Shown here piece by piece: positions 49,515-61,183 of a stretch of 64,000 bases of DNA. Below the pieces are notes generated by a model that worked only from the letters and a program-made list of their open reading frames with translations, had not been told where the DNA came from and did not search any database. Each line of letters opens with the position of its first letter. The stretch's first letter is position 1. Source of the stretch: Anolis carolinensis (lineage: Eukaryota); assembly GCF_035594765.1 (NCBI RefSeq), contig NC_085841.1, positions 65,953,574-66,017,573 of the forward strand. Direction: 5' to 3'. A program made the position numbers and the translations under genes.

Positions 49515-51590
49515 TCAGGAACGCCGGAGAGGTTGACCAGCGGTGGGGGTGGCTCGGCCGCGTTGTCTTTGTGGCTGAGCGGCCCGACGGGGTTGCTGGC
49601 GATTTTGGTTGTTTGATACCGAGGGACGCCGGAAGGATTGATGGCGGTAAGAAGGAGGCGGGAAGCGTCGAAAGCGTTGAGGAAACCACTTGGTGCGGTG
49701 AACCTGGGGTTGATCGCCGCATTTAGTGGCCAGAACTTTAAAGTCGTGGTTGGTTTTTAGCTTGTCGTCGGTGCCAGAGTTAAAGAGGCCCATGGCGTCG
49801 AAGGGGAGGTCTTCGATGACCTGCCTCGAGGAGGAAGACAGACCGGAAGATCTCAGCCAGGCGTGGCGACGAATAGCAATGGCGTGGGCAATCATCTTGC
49901 CGGCCGTGTCGCCCGTATGCTTAGCCATCTGGATTTGATGATGCGCTAACGAATCGGCCTCTTGTTGGAGGGTAGACATAACCGACCGGTCTTCGTCGGA
50001 CAACTTCGAGAAGAAGGGCTGAGCTTTTTCCCAAAGAATCTGCTGGTATGCCCCCATACAGGCCCCATAGTTCGCCATTCTACAAAGTAGAAGGGCTCCG
50101 GAATAGAGCTTCCTGCCGACCGCGTCGAACCTCTTGCCCTCTCTGTCTGCGGGGGTAGTGGATTCACGACCGGAGGACTGAGAAGCTTTAACGACCATGG
50201 AATTTGGGTCGGGATGGTGTTTAAGCCATTCTAAAGAGTCGTCGTCCGTACGATACCAAGACTCGATTCTCTTCGAGGTAGGAGGGATCGAGGAAGGGGT
50301 CTTCCACGAAGACTGGATGACATCCAGGAGGTAAGGTAAAAACGGCAACAGCGTGGCTGGAGGGGCCTGGGCTTGGACCCGTTTGAAGACTGGGTCAGTA
50401 ACTGCCTTGGAAGTCTGTTTGATTTCTAGACCCAGGGCGTCGGCCATTCTAATCATTTGTTCGGAGAAAGCCCGAATGTTGTCGGTAGGCGAAGGAGGGT
50501 CCACCTCATAGGCGTCATGAGGAGGAGAGAGATCAAGGCCTAAGGATACCACCGAGGCCGAGAGAGCGGAATCAGGGCGATCTATATCGATCTCATCGTC
50601 CCCAGCCCCTTGAGGGGACTGGGGGGGAGATGACAACACAGTCTCTGGTGGCGGCAAAGCCTCAAGAGCAGAAGCCATCTGTGGCCGAGTATCTTTGGAG
50701 GCCGAGGCCTGGGCCGCTCGAGCCAGGCGAGTGGTCTGTCTACCCCGTTCCGGTGTCGAGGTCGGGGGAAAAAGCTGCTGGCGAGACGGACGATGAGAGA
50801 CAGCAGGTCGAGGAGATGGCACCCTGACCACTGTCTGAGTGGAGTGGTGGGGTGAGTCCTGTAACTCGCCATCAGAAAGTTGCTGAGGAGACGTTTGGCG
50901 AGGTCGCTGAGCAGGAGCGATCGGAGAGGACCTTCTAGAAGAAGTCGCCGAAGAAAGGACGTCCATCTTGGAGGAAGCAGAAGAGGAAGAACGTTGGGTT
51001 GCCCTCTTCTTAGCGAGTGGTTGTTTTGATGGAACCCTCAGGGATTTTCCCGGCGTGGGAGGGACCATTGCTGAGTCGGATTGGGTCCGACGAGCTTCCT
51101 CGTGAGCCCTTTTAAAGGCGATCTTCATCGCAGAGGTCGACGGAGGAGCCCCAAGATGGGATCGGGCCGAAGATACGGAAGCCACCGAGCTCGATGTCGA
51201 GGAAGGGCCGACCCGACCAGAACGTGTCGACACCGTAGCCGTGGTGAGTGTGCACGGTGGTTTAGCGGCCTTAGACGATCTGGAGGCTCTGGACGCCTTA
51301 GACGAGACCGAAGGGGCTTTAGCTGTTGAAGCCGACATCGAACCCGGATTAAGCGGCGGCTTCGTGCCCGAAGTCGACGGAGCGGGTTCAGGGGCAAGCG
51401 ATTTTTCGTAGAGCGCCGCTCTAAGCCTCGCGGCTCTATTTTTTCTAGCCTGAGCCGTTAGGGCCAGGCAGAAGCGGCAGGTACCGATGACATGTGCCTC
51501 TCCGAGGCAGTAGAGGCACTTGGCGTGGCCGTCGGAATCAGGAATTTTAGCGGCACACTGAGTGCAGCGCTTGAAGCGAGTCGTAGACAT
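49515..51590 (-). CDS. DIRS ORF1 Gag-like protein, 691 aa from the first ATG
   Basis: N-terminal Cys/His finger (CxxC...HxxCxxC...H...CxxC), S/P/R-rich linker, C-terminal helical region (RRHAWLR...LPFD...LF) typical of vertebrate DIRS gag / LAP2alpha-like domain. Confidence 0.85.
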   Translation of the reverse strand: MSTTRFKRCTQCAAKIPDSDGHAKCLYCLGEAHVIGTCRFCLALTAQARKNRAARLRAALYEKSLAPEPAPSTSGTKPPLNPGSMSASTAKAPSVSSKASRASRSSKAAKPPCTLTTATVSTRSGRVGPSSTSSSVASVSSARSHLGAPPSTSAMKIAFKRAHEEARRTQSDSAMVPPTPGKSLRVPSKQPLAKKRATQRSSSSASSKMDVLSSATSSRRSSPIAPAQRPRQTSPQQLSDGELQDSPHHSTQTVVRVPSPRPAVSHRPSRQQLFPPTSTPERGRQTTRLARAAQASASKDTRPQMASALEALPPPETVLSSPPQSPQGAGDDEIDIDRPDSALSASVVSLGLDLSPPHDAYEVDPPSPTDNIRAFSEQMIRMADALGLEIKQTSKAVTDPVFKRVQAQAPPATLLPFLPYLLDVIQSSWKTPSSIPPTSKRIESWYRTDDDSLEWLKHHPDPNSMVVKASQSSGRESTTPADREGKRFDAVGRKLYSGALLLCRMANYGACMGAYQQILWEKAQPFFSKLSDEDRSVMSTLQQEADSLAHHQIQMAKHTGDTAGKMIAHAIAIRRHAWLRSSGLSSSSRQVIEDLPFDAMGLFNSGTDDKLKTNHDFKVLATKCGDQPQVHRTKWFPQRFRRFPPPSYRHQSFRRPSVSNNQNRQQPRRAAQPQRQRGRATPTAGQPLRRS

Positions 51591-51606
51591 GAGAATCCGA
51601 AGTGAA

Positions 51607-51789
51607 CCTTGCGGCGGAAAAAAAGGAACTGGGGAGGAGACGCCGAGGGCTGCCTTATATGCCCTCCGGGGACGGAGGGGCGTGGCTACCGCCAAAATTT
51701 AAACTTCAGCTTGGGAAGAGTTTCCGTTGGGACCTGCGCAGGCGCAGCCTCTCCATTAGTGTGCATTCACAGAGTACACGAAGAAAAAA
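51607..51789 (-). repeat. DIRS left (5') inverted terminal repeat, with TATA-like ATATAAG at 51654-51660
   Basis: Reverse complement of about 45870-46045, with small diagnostic differences (TTCGTGTAC vs TTCGAGTGTAC; AATGCAC vs AATTCAC). Confidence 0.9.
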
Positions 51790-52033
51790 TATTCTCTTAA
51801 ATTATCTCCTTTGTGGCCTACTATATTATAGTTTATAAAGGAAATAAAAGGCATGTTGTGTCTGACTTTCAGCTCCCACCCCCTGCTCCCAAACTACATA
51901 AAAATGCTTGAGTTGTGACTGAAAGTGTCGAAGTAAGGAAAAGCCCTCAAAACTTAATTTCCTTAAGGAATAGAAACAGTTATGGTTTTCTATGGAATTT
52001 TAGCATAAGATATGATTTTCAAGGCAAATTTTA

Positions 52034-52173
52034 ACCACGGCTACGGTGTCGACACGTTCTGGTCGGGTCGGCCCTTCCTCGACATCGAGCTCGGTGGCTT
52101 CCGTATCTTCGGCCCGATCCCATCTTGGGGCTCCTCCGTCGACCTCTGCGATGAAGATCGCCTTTAAAAGGGC
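52034..52173 (+). repeat. 140-bp inverted copy of DIRS gag (51106-51245) lying outside the element
   Basis: Reverse-complement match, identical by eye; it encodes the same STRSGRVGPSS...IAFKRA peptide. Confidence 0.9.
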
Positions 52174-52490
52174 CACACAAATTCCTTCAAACTTTTCCTA
52201 TTTGATACTACAGCAAACTTCCAACTGTAGGAATGCTATAATACACAAAGATCAAATAGATGGCAATTTCCTACATCCTGAAAAGCTCTAGCTGGTCAGT
52301 TTTCTCCAGGTGAGAAAACTTTCAGATCTGTGTAGAAGACCTAAAAGTCACGTTGCTAATAAGGGTACATAAAATGCAAAGGAAAAAAATGTTACTAGTC
52401 AACATTGTTTTGTCATAGGCACATAATGTAGCATTTCTCTAAGATCATTTGTTGCCCCAACTGTGGTCCCTATCACACCTGAATACTCAC

Positions 52491-52667
52491 TCGTAGGTAA
52501 GAAGAGGGACATCACTCTTTCCTTCTTTATTTGTGATGATGCCCCTTTTGACACCACTTGACCTTCCAAAGTTGTCTTTCGCCAGAAGATCAAACACTTC
52601 ATTGTTATAAACTTCGACAACAGAAACTTCAACCAAATGGCTTCCTAGTGGTTTTTCTGAAAGAAGC
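52491..52667 (-). CDS. KIF25: KIF25 exon (LLSEKPLGSHLVEVSVVEVYNNEVFDLLAKD...DVPLLTYE), 177 bp
   Basis: EVYNNxxFDLL kinesin motif; AG/GT flanks; phase 2-2. Confidence 0.9.
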
Positions 52668-52771
52668 CTAAAGAAGGGGAAGAGGAAAGGGAATGCTTAA
52701 GAGGTTGAAACCAAAGGTTAAGCAAATGGGGCTTACCATCTGGGAGACATTTTCCTCCTCCTCCTCCTCTT

Positions 52772-52965
52772 CTTCTTCAGCGTTTGTCCCGCTTGATGGC
52801 GGGGTCTGTTTTACTTGTTTGTTGGCACCATTTCACCCAGTCGTGCGCCTAGACAAGGTGCCAGCAGTCTTCAGGTCATTATGCAATGTACAAAGCCAAT
52901 GTTGCTTTGGTTGTCCCTTTGGTCTCTTGCCAGGCACTTCTAAATCGAGAGCAGTCTTGCGAATC
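52772..52965 (-). mobile_element. RTE-clade LINE 3' fragment
   Basis: Minus-strand ALDLEVPGKRPKGQPKQHW, followed by a (GAA/GGA)n tail. Confidence 0.6.
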
Positions 52966-53649
52966 TGGGAGACTACTGCAGCCTAACTTAAGTGCTTATA
53001 AAATACAAAAAATCCATAACCCTGAGCACTGATAACTTTAATGAGAAATATGGGCTCTTTCAAAATCCAGCGCACTCCTGCTTCAGTGGCTTTTACAGAA
53101 TGAGACCAGGTTTTTTTAGCATACATTTCAAATTCATAAGATCATAGAAAATATTGTGAATAAACTCTTTGTTTACAAGTAGTGTATGTACAAAAATTAT
53201 AATTTCAAAAATAAAACTGCTCTGTTGATGAAAGCAGCAAGCTGGGGAACAGGATACCATAAAGTTCAATTTTTAAACATTTAAAGCAAATTATTTCCAG
53301 TTGGTTGGTCTGCTGCAAGAGCAAGCAGATAATTCCTCCTCAGTTACCCCAAGAAGCCTCATGGAAACTACCATAATTGTTTTGCAGAGTTTCTGCAGTG
53401 CCAAATGACATCATGACTATATTAACTAATATATACACAAGAGATAACAGTAGATATTGCTAGTAGTCAATGCAGTTTCCACCTAAATATTGTATTGTGA
53501 GGCAACTGGATTAGTTTTTTTCCTATTAAAGGAAAAACAGGTCATGCACTTTTATATTAAAAACTGAGTTGGATCCAACTGGTACTCTCAGTCAGTAGAT
53601 AGTCTCTTCCATAAGCAGAAAGGCTTTCTGGACTCAGATCCTCCTTATG

Positions 53650-53652
<3 letters not shown>

Positions 53653-53732
<80 letters not shown>
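53653..53732. repeat. (TA)n(GA)n compound microsatellite
   Basis: Read directly. Confidence 0.95.
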
Positions 53733-53734
<2 letters not shown>

Positions 53735-53899
53735 AATTTCAAGACATAGGATTGGGTTGAGTCCTTGTCATGGTGTCTATTAGCTCTTTTTCAACGGTTT
53801 TTAACTGAGCACAAGAGCTAGAATTTTCCCACTTCATTATCTCTAGATACAACCAATTAGTTTTTATAGCATACATTTCATGTTGTGTATCAATTCCCT

Positions 53900-54512
53900 T
53901 ATTTATTTATTTATTTATTTTTCAAACTTATATGCCGCCACTCCCCTAGGGCTCGGAGCGGCTTACAAGAACCGGCTAAAATCAACAATTTAAAAAACAT
54001 CTTAAAAACATCCTAAAAGCACCTTTTAAAACATCAACAACAGAACTCAAAAGCCTGTCGAAACAGATGTGTCTTACATGCCCTGCGGAAGGCCGACAAG
54101 TCCCGCAAGGCACGAACTTCAGGTGGCAAGGTGTTCCAGAGAGATGGCGCCACTACTGAAAAGGCTCTGCGTCTGGTTGTTGTTAGACGCAAGGTCTTAA
54201 AACTGGGGACTTCCAACAGGTCTTGGTCCTCAGAACGGAGGGATCTCTGGGGTTTGTAGGGAGTGAGGCGGTCCCTCAGGTACATCGGCCCTAGACCATG
54301 TAAGCCCTTGAAGGTAAGCACCATCACTTTGAAAGTGATCCGGTGCTCAATTGGTAACCAGTGCAGCTGCCGTAAGATTGGTGTTATGTGGCATCTTATT
54401 GGGACTCCCGCAAGGAGCCGGGCAGCTGCATTTTGCACCAATTTGAGCTTCCGGATCACCGACACAGGAAGGCCAATGTAAAGGGCGTTACAGTAATCCA
54501 GTCTCGAGATGA
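53900..54512 (-). mobile_element. 5'-truncated L2 LINE (different subfamily)
   Basis: SRLDYCN, VQNAAARL, LHWLP, RAFSVVAPSLWN; (TAAA)n tail. Confidence 0.88.
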
Positions 54513-55194
54513 GTAATCTTCACTGAGAGAAGCTCATTAATATTTTTATTTGCATTAGTTTTATAGGTTCATTGTTATTTTGAAATTCAATAGTACTTGA
54601 AGGGACATACTACAGTTCTCGCTATGCCAAATTCAAAGAACAGTCTCATAACTCTCAACAGAAGAAGCACATATATACAGTAACAATACAGTGCATTGAA
54701 TGAACCACAAAAAGCAACAAGGAAAGAATGAAAATGTAAAATATCAAAACAACAATAAGTTGTGCAAAAATCCTATTAAATGAAAATGGTTAATAATTCT
54801 ATACATTGAATTGGCAACTGATTTTAATCTGGAGTAAATATACACATTGGTATTTTTGAATAGGCTTTAATAATTATTTAAAATTAAAGCCAAAATAAAT
54901 AACAAACTTTTACCCATCTTCCTGTGGCTTATTCACAGGAACATTTCATGATATTGTCATCTGTCAGCAGATTAATAACCACAACTGAACTAAACTGTGG
55001 AATAAACTATCAGCTGTGACAGATGGTCTAAATTTACAAGTCTACTTCTTTTAGACCATTAAAAACTCTTTAGACATACTTTGAAGTTAAAGCGCCTTTG
55101 TTTTATTGATATCTTCTGTACTAGCAGGCCTATAATAACCTTTTCATACAAATGAAATGAATGAATGAATACTAGTATGCTGCATCAGAGGTAC

Positions 55195-55344
55195 CTGAAT
55201 ACTTCTTCAGTGGCTCTAGGAATAATACCCAAATCTGATTCTTCTTCTACGGGGAAGGCAAAATTATCTTCAGTCTGGGGGCCCAACATAGTATATGTTT
55301 TTCCACTCCCGGTCTGTCCATAAGCCATAATGCACACATTGTAT
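55195..55344 (-). CDS. KIF25: KIF25 exon with P-loop ([20 protein letters not shown]...LGIIPRA), 150 bp
   Basis: GQTGSGKT Walker A motif; AG/GT flanks; phase matches neighbouring exons. Confidence 0.92.
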
Positions 55345-57417
55345 CTGAAAGTCAGAAAGGTTGCTCATTCTTGAAAAAAATATTTTCTATTAAAGGAAGC
55401 CAATACCTACACACACATATATGGTGTGTGTTATTATTTCTAATTTTTAGAAAAAACATACAATTAAATGCCCTTACTGCAAAATATTACAATGCCTTGA
55501 AATTACCCATCTTAGCCTTTTGTTCCAGAATTTATTCCCCTATCCTGAGGAAAATTATAAAATTATAAAATGAAGGAAGCAGTTCAGGGTTTATCAGCAC
55601 TCTGGTATATATGGTGAAACGTTCCCTTTTCTTCCTCCTATTAAGCGAGTTAACATCTGGATGTGTTTCATTAAGCTGATTGAAGCAGGTCAGAAGAGAA
55701 CAATGGCATAAAATGCAGAAGAAAAAGAAATGTATGGCTATTAAATACACCATAAAGAGATATGATGGAACTGAATACTCTATACTCTTTTCTTTTTTTT
55801 TTGGAATCTCACTTTCAGAATCTTTCAGGTAACTTGTGGCTCAAAACAGTATTATCCCCCTAAACATGGTGGATACTCATGATTTCTGAGATATCCACAC
55901 ATACTCAATCTCTTATTAATAATGAAAAAGACTACAGAGTACTCGTGTGGGGGAGATGTTTAGAATAGTACAGTCATCCTTCCACATTTGCTGGGGCTAG
56001 AGACAAAGGACCACCACAAAAGTTTTTAAAAAAACCCATAATTAATAAAATCGCTATTTTTTTATCCATATGGAATACCTCTCCAGGTATACCCAGTTTC
56101 TCAAGCATGATTCTATTGTAAACTTCTAATGAATTGTACTAATACCAAAAGATTCCTAGAGAATTATTCTCTCTAGAAATCTCTAGACCCTCGACCATGA
56201 CTGGCAGAGGTTGTACTGGAAGATCTAGAGCAGGGCTATAGCTGTGTGTGTGTGTGGGGGGGGGGGGAAGGGTTCACCCCCCCCTCCCTGAAAATTTTCA
56301 GGTTTTTTAAAAAAACGTGGTTTACTCATAAATTTTAACTGGTTAACGAAATCCCTGTGAGTGTCCACTGAAGTTTATTGATGGAGCCTGATTTCTAAAT
56401 TATTTTGCGTTATGGAACTACTCTTCATGATTAGCTTTAAAAAGTTTCAACACCCCCCCCCCCCACCACCACCACCACCACCACCCACACAATTTTTTTC
56501 TGGCTACGGCCCAGACCTAGAGGTTCCTAAACAGATTTTAATAAAATCCACAAATAACCAAATCTGCAAAAGTCAAATCCACAAGTTGAAGTGTGTTTAT
56601 TTCAACTTGCTTGTGAATCACGGGCTGCCTATTTTTGTATATGGCCAAAGGGGTCCATGTGTGACCAAAGATAATGAAAGTACCACCATATCCGATTTCA
56701 ATCACACCACAAACTTGTGAGCTTCAGGTAATTGTCTGCTATATGTTGTCAGACTTCAAATGTACCTCTTTAGGCCCACATTTTTGTGTAAAGCTTCAAT
56801 AAGCCATTCTCGAAGATGACATGAAATACCATTCAGTCTAACTACAAATAGAGGAAGATTATTCTAAGTTAAAATGTTGTGTCTCTTCAGATTTTATAGA
56901 AATAAAGCTGATCAAAACCACAGATGGCATAACCACTCCGCTTTTCCAGACCCACAATCTGCTTTTGTTTAAATAGAGCATCCCAAAAAGTCATAAAGTA
57001 CTTTTGTTTTTAATAACAGAACATTTCCTGAAGTGCTGTGAAAAAGCCATGTTTCAAGGCAGTTATTTCAAACAGAAGTTGGCTCAAAGGATAAGATGCT
57101 TCAGCAATGCGTGCACACAAATTGCACTGGAGGTGGTTACTTGTGTGCAGAACAGGACAATTGCAATTTGAGAAAGAGAAGCAAGCAACTTCTCTTTCCC
57201 CTCTGAGATCCAATGCTTTTAAAGGCTAAAATGAATGAGGCAATACTGATTCCTAGCAGTTGGATAGTTAAGGGAGGAAAAACATAGTTACTATACCTCT
57301 ATGGAAGATACACTATCTAAGTAGTAATGGAGAAGGGAAGGAAGAGAAACGAAGAAAAGAAAAGAAAAGGCCTCTCTCTATTCCATCTGAAATATTTGCT
57401 CTCATTCATCAACGCAC

Positions 57418-57492
57418 CCATCCAGCAGAGATGTTAGTAGAGGTGATACATCTGTAAATACTGCAACTTGTGAATCAGCAGCACTGTAAACT
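57418..57492 (-). CDS. KIF25: KIF25 exon (RVYSAADSQVAVFTDVSPLLTSLLDG), 75 bp, phase 2-2
   Basis: AG/GT flanks; kinesin-14 motor sequence just upstream of the P-loop. Confidence 0.85.
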
Positions 57493-60064
57493 CTGTAGAA
57501 ATAAAATATGATTCATTTTGAGAAAATGATATTCAAAGTGACCTTGAGAAAATGATCTTCACAGGGACCAAAAACCAACAATAAAGAGTAGTATGTTTTT
57601 CTGAAACCTTAATGTTAGTTTAACAATAGTTATTCTCCCCCAAGCAGTTATATCTAAAGCAGAGAATTACACATGCCTACTCTGAAGATGGTTTAGACAT
57701 CAGGAAATTAAAAGGGAAGCTCAGCCACGTCTCTATTTTAATAGCCAGATGCGAGGAATTTAAAGTGTTCTGGACACTGCCAAGCCTGGAGGATCTTGTC
57801 AAATCTGAGTTATTTCTAGAGACACAAACTAAGTTAAGACACACTTTATTGGACCAAATGTGTTGGTGGAGATGCCAGAAAAAATTAGATCCTTTGAGCT
57901 TTATAAAGCTTTCCTTTCCTTCAAGCTAAAATGTTCAAAACATGATTTCAAAAAGGAGAAAAACAAAGAAAACACAATGTAATCTATATTTTTTGGTGTT
58001 CCAAACTCTGTTACTCCCTCCTTTGTGGGACTAGGAAGGCCCCATCCTTGCTTGCATTTTGTAGATAGATGAAAATAGTCCTCTGCTATCCAGCATTTAG
58101 GGAATAATGAGAGCTGGACTTTGGGGAATTGTGTGATTGGGATTTTGGAGTTGGTATGGAGTGTTAATGCCGTTTAATATTTTAGTGCTTAATAGTTTCA
58201 TGACACAAAATGTTTTTATATTTTTATATTTTTTGGACGAAGGGATTTTAAGCATGTTTTATGTTTTATATTTTATACTGTATTTAATTGGTTGTAATAT
58301 ATTTTTATATGTTGTTGTTTTTAATGATGTATCGGCATCGAATATTTGCGAACTGTACGCCGCCCTGAGTCCTTTCGGGTGAGAAGGGCGGGATAGAAAT
58401 ATTGGAAATAAATAAATAAATAAATATTTATACTTCAATGCATTTATATTGCTTAAATTTACATTGTTTTGCGTTTATTGTTAGCTGGGAGAAAGACGTG
58501 ATAAAATATAAATAAATAAATAAATACTTATTGTTTGCTGCTATAGTAAAAACAAGGGTACAAGATTTTCAATCACAGTTTAGAAAAAAATCATTTGTAT
58601 GCCATCTAATAACATAAATCTAAGAGGCAATTTGCAATTAGTAAGCATAAGGAAAATTGATGCACAAAATAAACAGAAAATTAAACTGTCTCAGAGTTAA
58701 AACACAGATTTTAAAACTCAGTAAGACTAGACAACTATGAAAGGGCCTAGGTGAACAGACAGTAGTAGGCAAGCCTCTTTAGCAAAGCTGTTCCATATTA
58801 AGGCTGTGTCTATTAAAAAGGCCTTTCAATTGTAATGACATACTTCACATTATTAAACATTATTAAGTGGGAACGAACGGTGGAGGCCTCTGAAGGTGTC
58901 CTAAATACATTGCTCTATTGGTAACTGCTGGGATTTAATGCTAGGACTCCTTGAGGATACTAAAATGTATGGATGCTCAAGTCCCCTTTTAATAAAATGG
59001 CACTGTAAAATACCATCCTTAATATAAAATGAAACAAATTTCAAAGTTTGCTTAAAAAAAAATCATGCCATGGCAGGCAATTGCACAGGGAGGTATAAAT
59101 GAGAGTAGTAATCTTTCCAATAACCTGGGAGATTGGAAAGTATTTTTCTGAAAGCAATGTTTATTCATTACAATGGGGAAAAACCCAATTTGTTATGTTA
59201 ATTATTGGTCTGCTTATTGCTTTTCCATTGCTTCCTCTTTCAGGGGGAAAAGACTATGAAGACTGATAAGTAAATGGCTGAAAGCCTGGAGAATTCCCAT
59301 GAAATGGCTATACAACTGAGAGTTAAATTTAATTTTTGAAAGTATTGTTAGTGTTACTTGTAGCACAATAAAATAACTTTTCCCCTCATATTACTTTTGA
59401 AATGTGATTTCTTTATGCCTCGTTGCCTAAAAAAAGTACCTACTTACAAGTTATTGTATAGTTTAAAAGCCAACAATATACATTGGTCTAGAAAATGCTC
59501 AAATTGCTGAATTCCAACTAATAATAATGTGTCTATATCTGCAAATGGCAGTTTCTGAACTTATTTTAAAAGGCAGCTGCACCTGTAATGTACTGCAATA
59601 GACTAAACAGGCTATAGGAAATTGTGAACAAGCTATTTCCATCCAGGTCACGCCACCGCTGGTGTTAAAAGTTAACATTGACAAAATGGGCTAGAATCAA
59701 AAGAAGTCACTTGAGCCTTTATTAACAGTTGGAAGCAATATGTGGGCCCTTGCCAAACCTGACTGCTTAGATTAGGGGCAGGAATACTCTGCAACTTGAA
59801 GGGATGTACTACATCATATCATAGAATCACAGGATCCATCCAGACCAGGCCCTTGGCAGGCAGAAATCTTTAGTCAAAGCACTCCTGGAAGAGATGTTAC
59901 ATCTTTTTTTTTTGCCAAATTTCTTTGCTGAAACCAAATTAGAGGGATACTGAGAGTTGGGGGAGGGGGAGTGTGGATATACCAAAAGCTGCACTGTGCA
60001 CCCAAAGGAATGCACAGGTCACAAAAACTTGCAGGTCACAAAAAACCCCATCCTCCTTTTAGAG

Positions 60065-60198
60065 CAGGCATGGGCAAACTTTGGATCTCCAATTGTTTTG
60101 GACTTCAACTCACACAATTCTTAACTGTCAGCAAGCTGGCTGAGATTTCTGGGAGTTGAACTCCAAAACACCAGAGGGCCAAAATTTGCCCATGTCCG
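60065..60198. mobile_element. Palindromic hAT MITE
   Basis: Same family as 63342; TSD TTTTAGAG. Confidence 0.8.
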
Positions 60199-60344
60199 TT
60201 TTAGAGTGTGAAACCTCAAGAACACCATTCACCTGGTTGGCCAAACCAGCAATCGGTGTGTTACACATTTCTTTGCCCCAACTAAACTAACATAATCATT
60301 TTTCTCTTTGTGCTTGTTTTAAGAACAAACAAACAAACAAAAAC

Positions 60345-60503
60345 AGGTTGTTGTGACTCTTCCAGGCTGTATGTCCATATTCCAGAAGCATTCTTTCCTG
60401 AAATTTTGCCCACGTCATGAGAGAATGATTCTGGAACATGGCCATACAGCCCTGAAGACTCAAACAACCCAGTGATTCCAGCCATGAAAGCCTTCAACAA
60501 CAT
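60345..60503. mobile_element. Penelope-like inverted pseudo-LTR fragment
   Basis: Inverted arms GGTTGTTGTG...CCAGAAGCATTCT / AGAATGATTCTGG...CAACC followed by GATTCCAGCCATGAAAGCCTTC. Confidence 0.55.
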
Positions 60504-60809
60504 ATTGAACAAAAAAACCCCAACACAATAATGTCCAGTCATTTGAAAAAAACTTATTTATTTCTAAATATAAATTAAAATGTTTCCTCTGGCCCAAAAG
60601 TGTTACTGTCAAAAGAACATAAGATGATCCCATTGGATCAGATCAAAGGCCTCTCTTGTCCAGCATTATATTCAGTGGCCAACTGGTTGTCCCAATGAGA
60701 AGCCCACAAACAGGATGTGAGTGTGATAAGGAGTGGAATGATTATCCCAAGTGGAAAGAATTGTGCATGGTCTTGCCCCTGAGTTCTACCCCTCTCTCTT
60801 CGTCTAATC

Positions 60810-61183
60810 CAGGGGTCCCCAAGCTTTTAAAGCCGAGGGCCGATTCACGGGCCCCCAGACTGTTAGCGGGACAGACTATAGTTTGAATAAAGCATGAACA
60901 AAATTCTCTGCACACTGCACATATCTTATTTGTAGTGTAAAAAAAATTGAAAGTACAATACAATATTTAAAATGAAGAACAATTTGAACAAACATAAACG
61001 TACCAGTATTTCAATGGGAAGTGTGGGCCTGCTTGTGACTGATGAGACTGTCAAGTCACTTAGGATTGTTGTTGTCTGCCTTCAAGTTGTTTCAGACTTA
61101 GTGTGACCCTATGGGGTGGGGGGCCAGGTAAAGGGTCTTGGAGGGTAGCATCTGGCCTGTGGGCCTTAGTTTTGGGACCTCTA
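60810..61183. mobile_element. Non-autonomous hAT element (related family, opposite orientation)
   Basis: CAGGGGTCCCCAA TIR; TSD GTCTAATC/ATCTAATC. Confidence 0.75.

Larger units (their letters stand above)
45839..51789 (-). mobile_element. Full-length DIRS1-type tyrosine-recombinase retrotransposon in a KIF25 intron (same orientation as KIF25)
   Basis: Inverted terminal repeats, ICR, three uninterrupted ORFs, GC/CpG-rich, A-runs at both junctions and no classical TSD. Confidence 0.95.

Noticed and set aside
46785-51329. Plus-strand ORFs within the DIRS element
   Set aside because: Short antisense by-products of GC-rich coding sequence, with no motifs.
60390-60425. Hammerhead ribozyme expected in a Penelope pseudo-LTR
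   Set aside because: Only a decayed GAAAC-side remnant is visible at the inversion junction; the CUGANGA core is missing.
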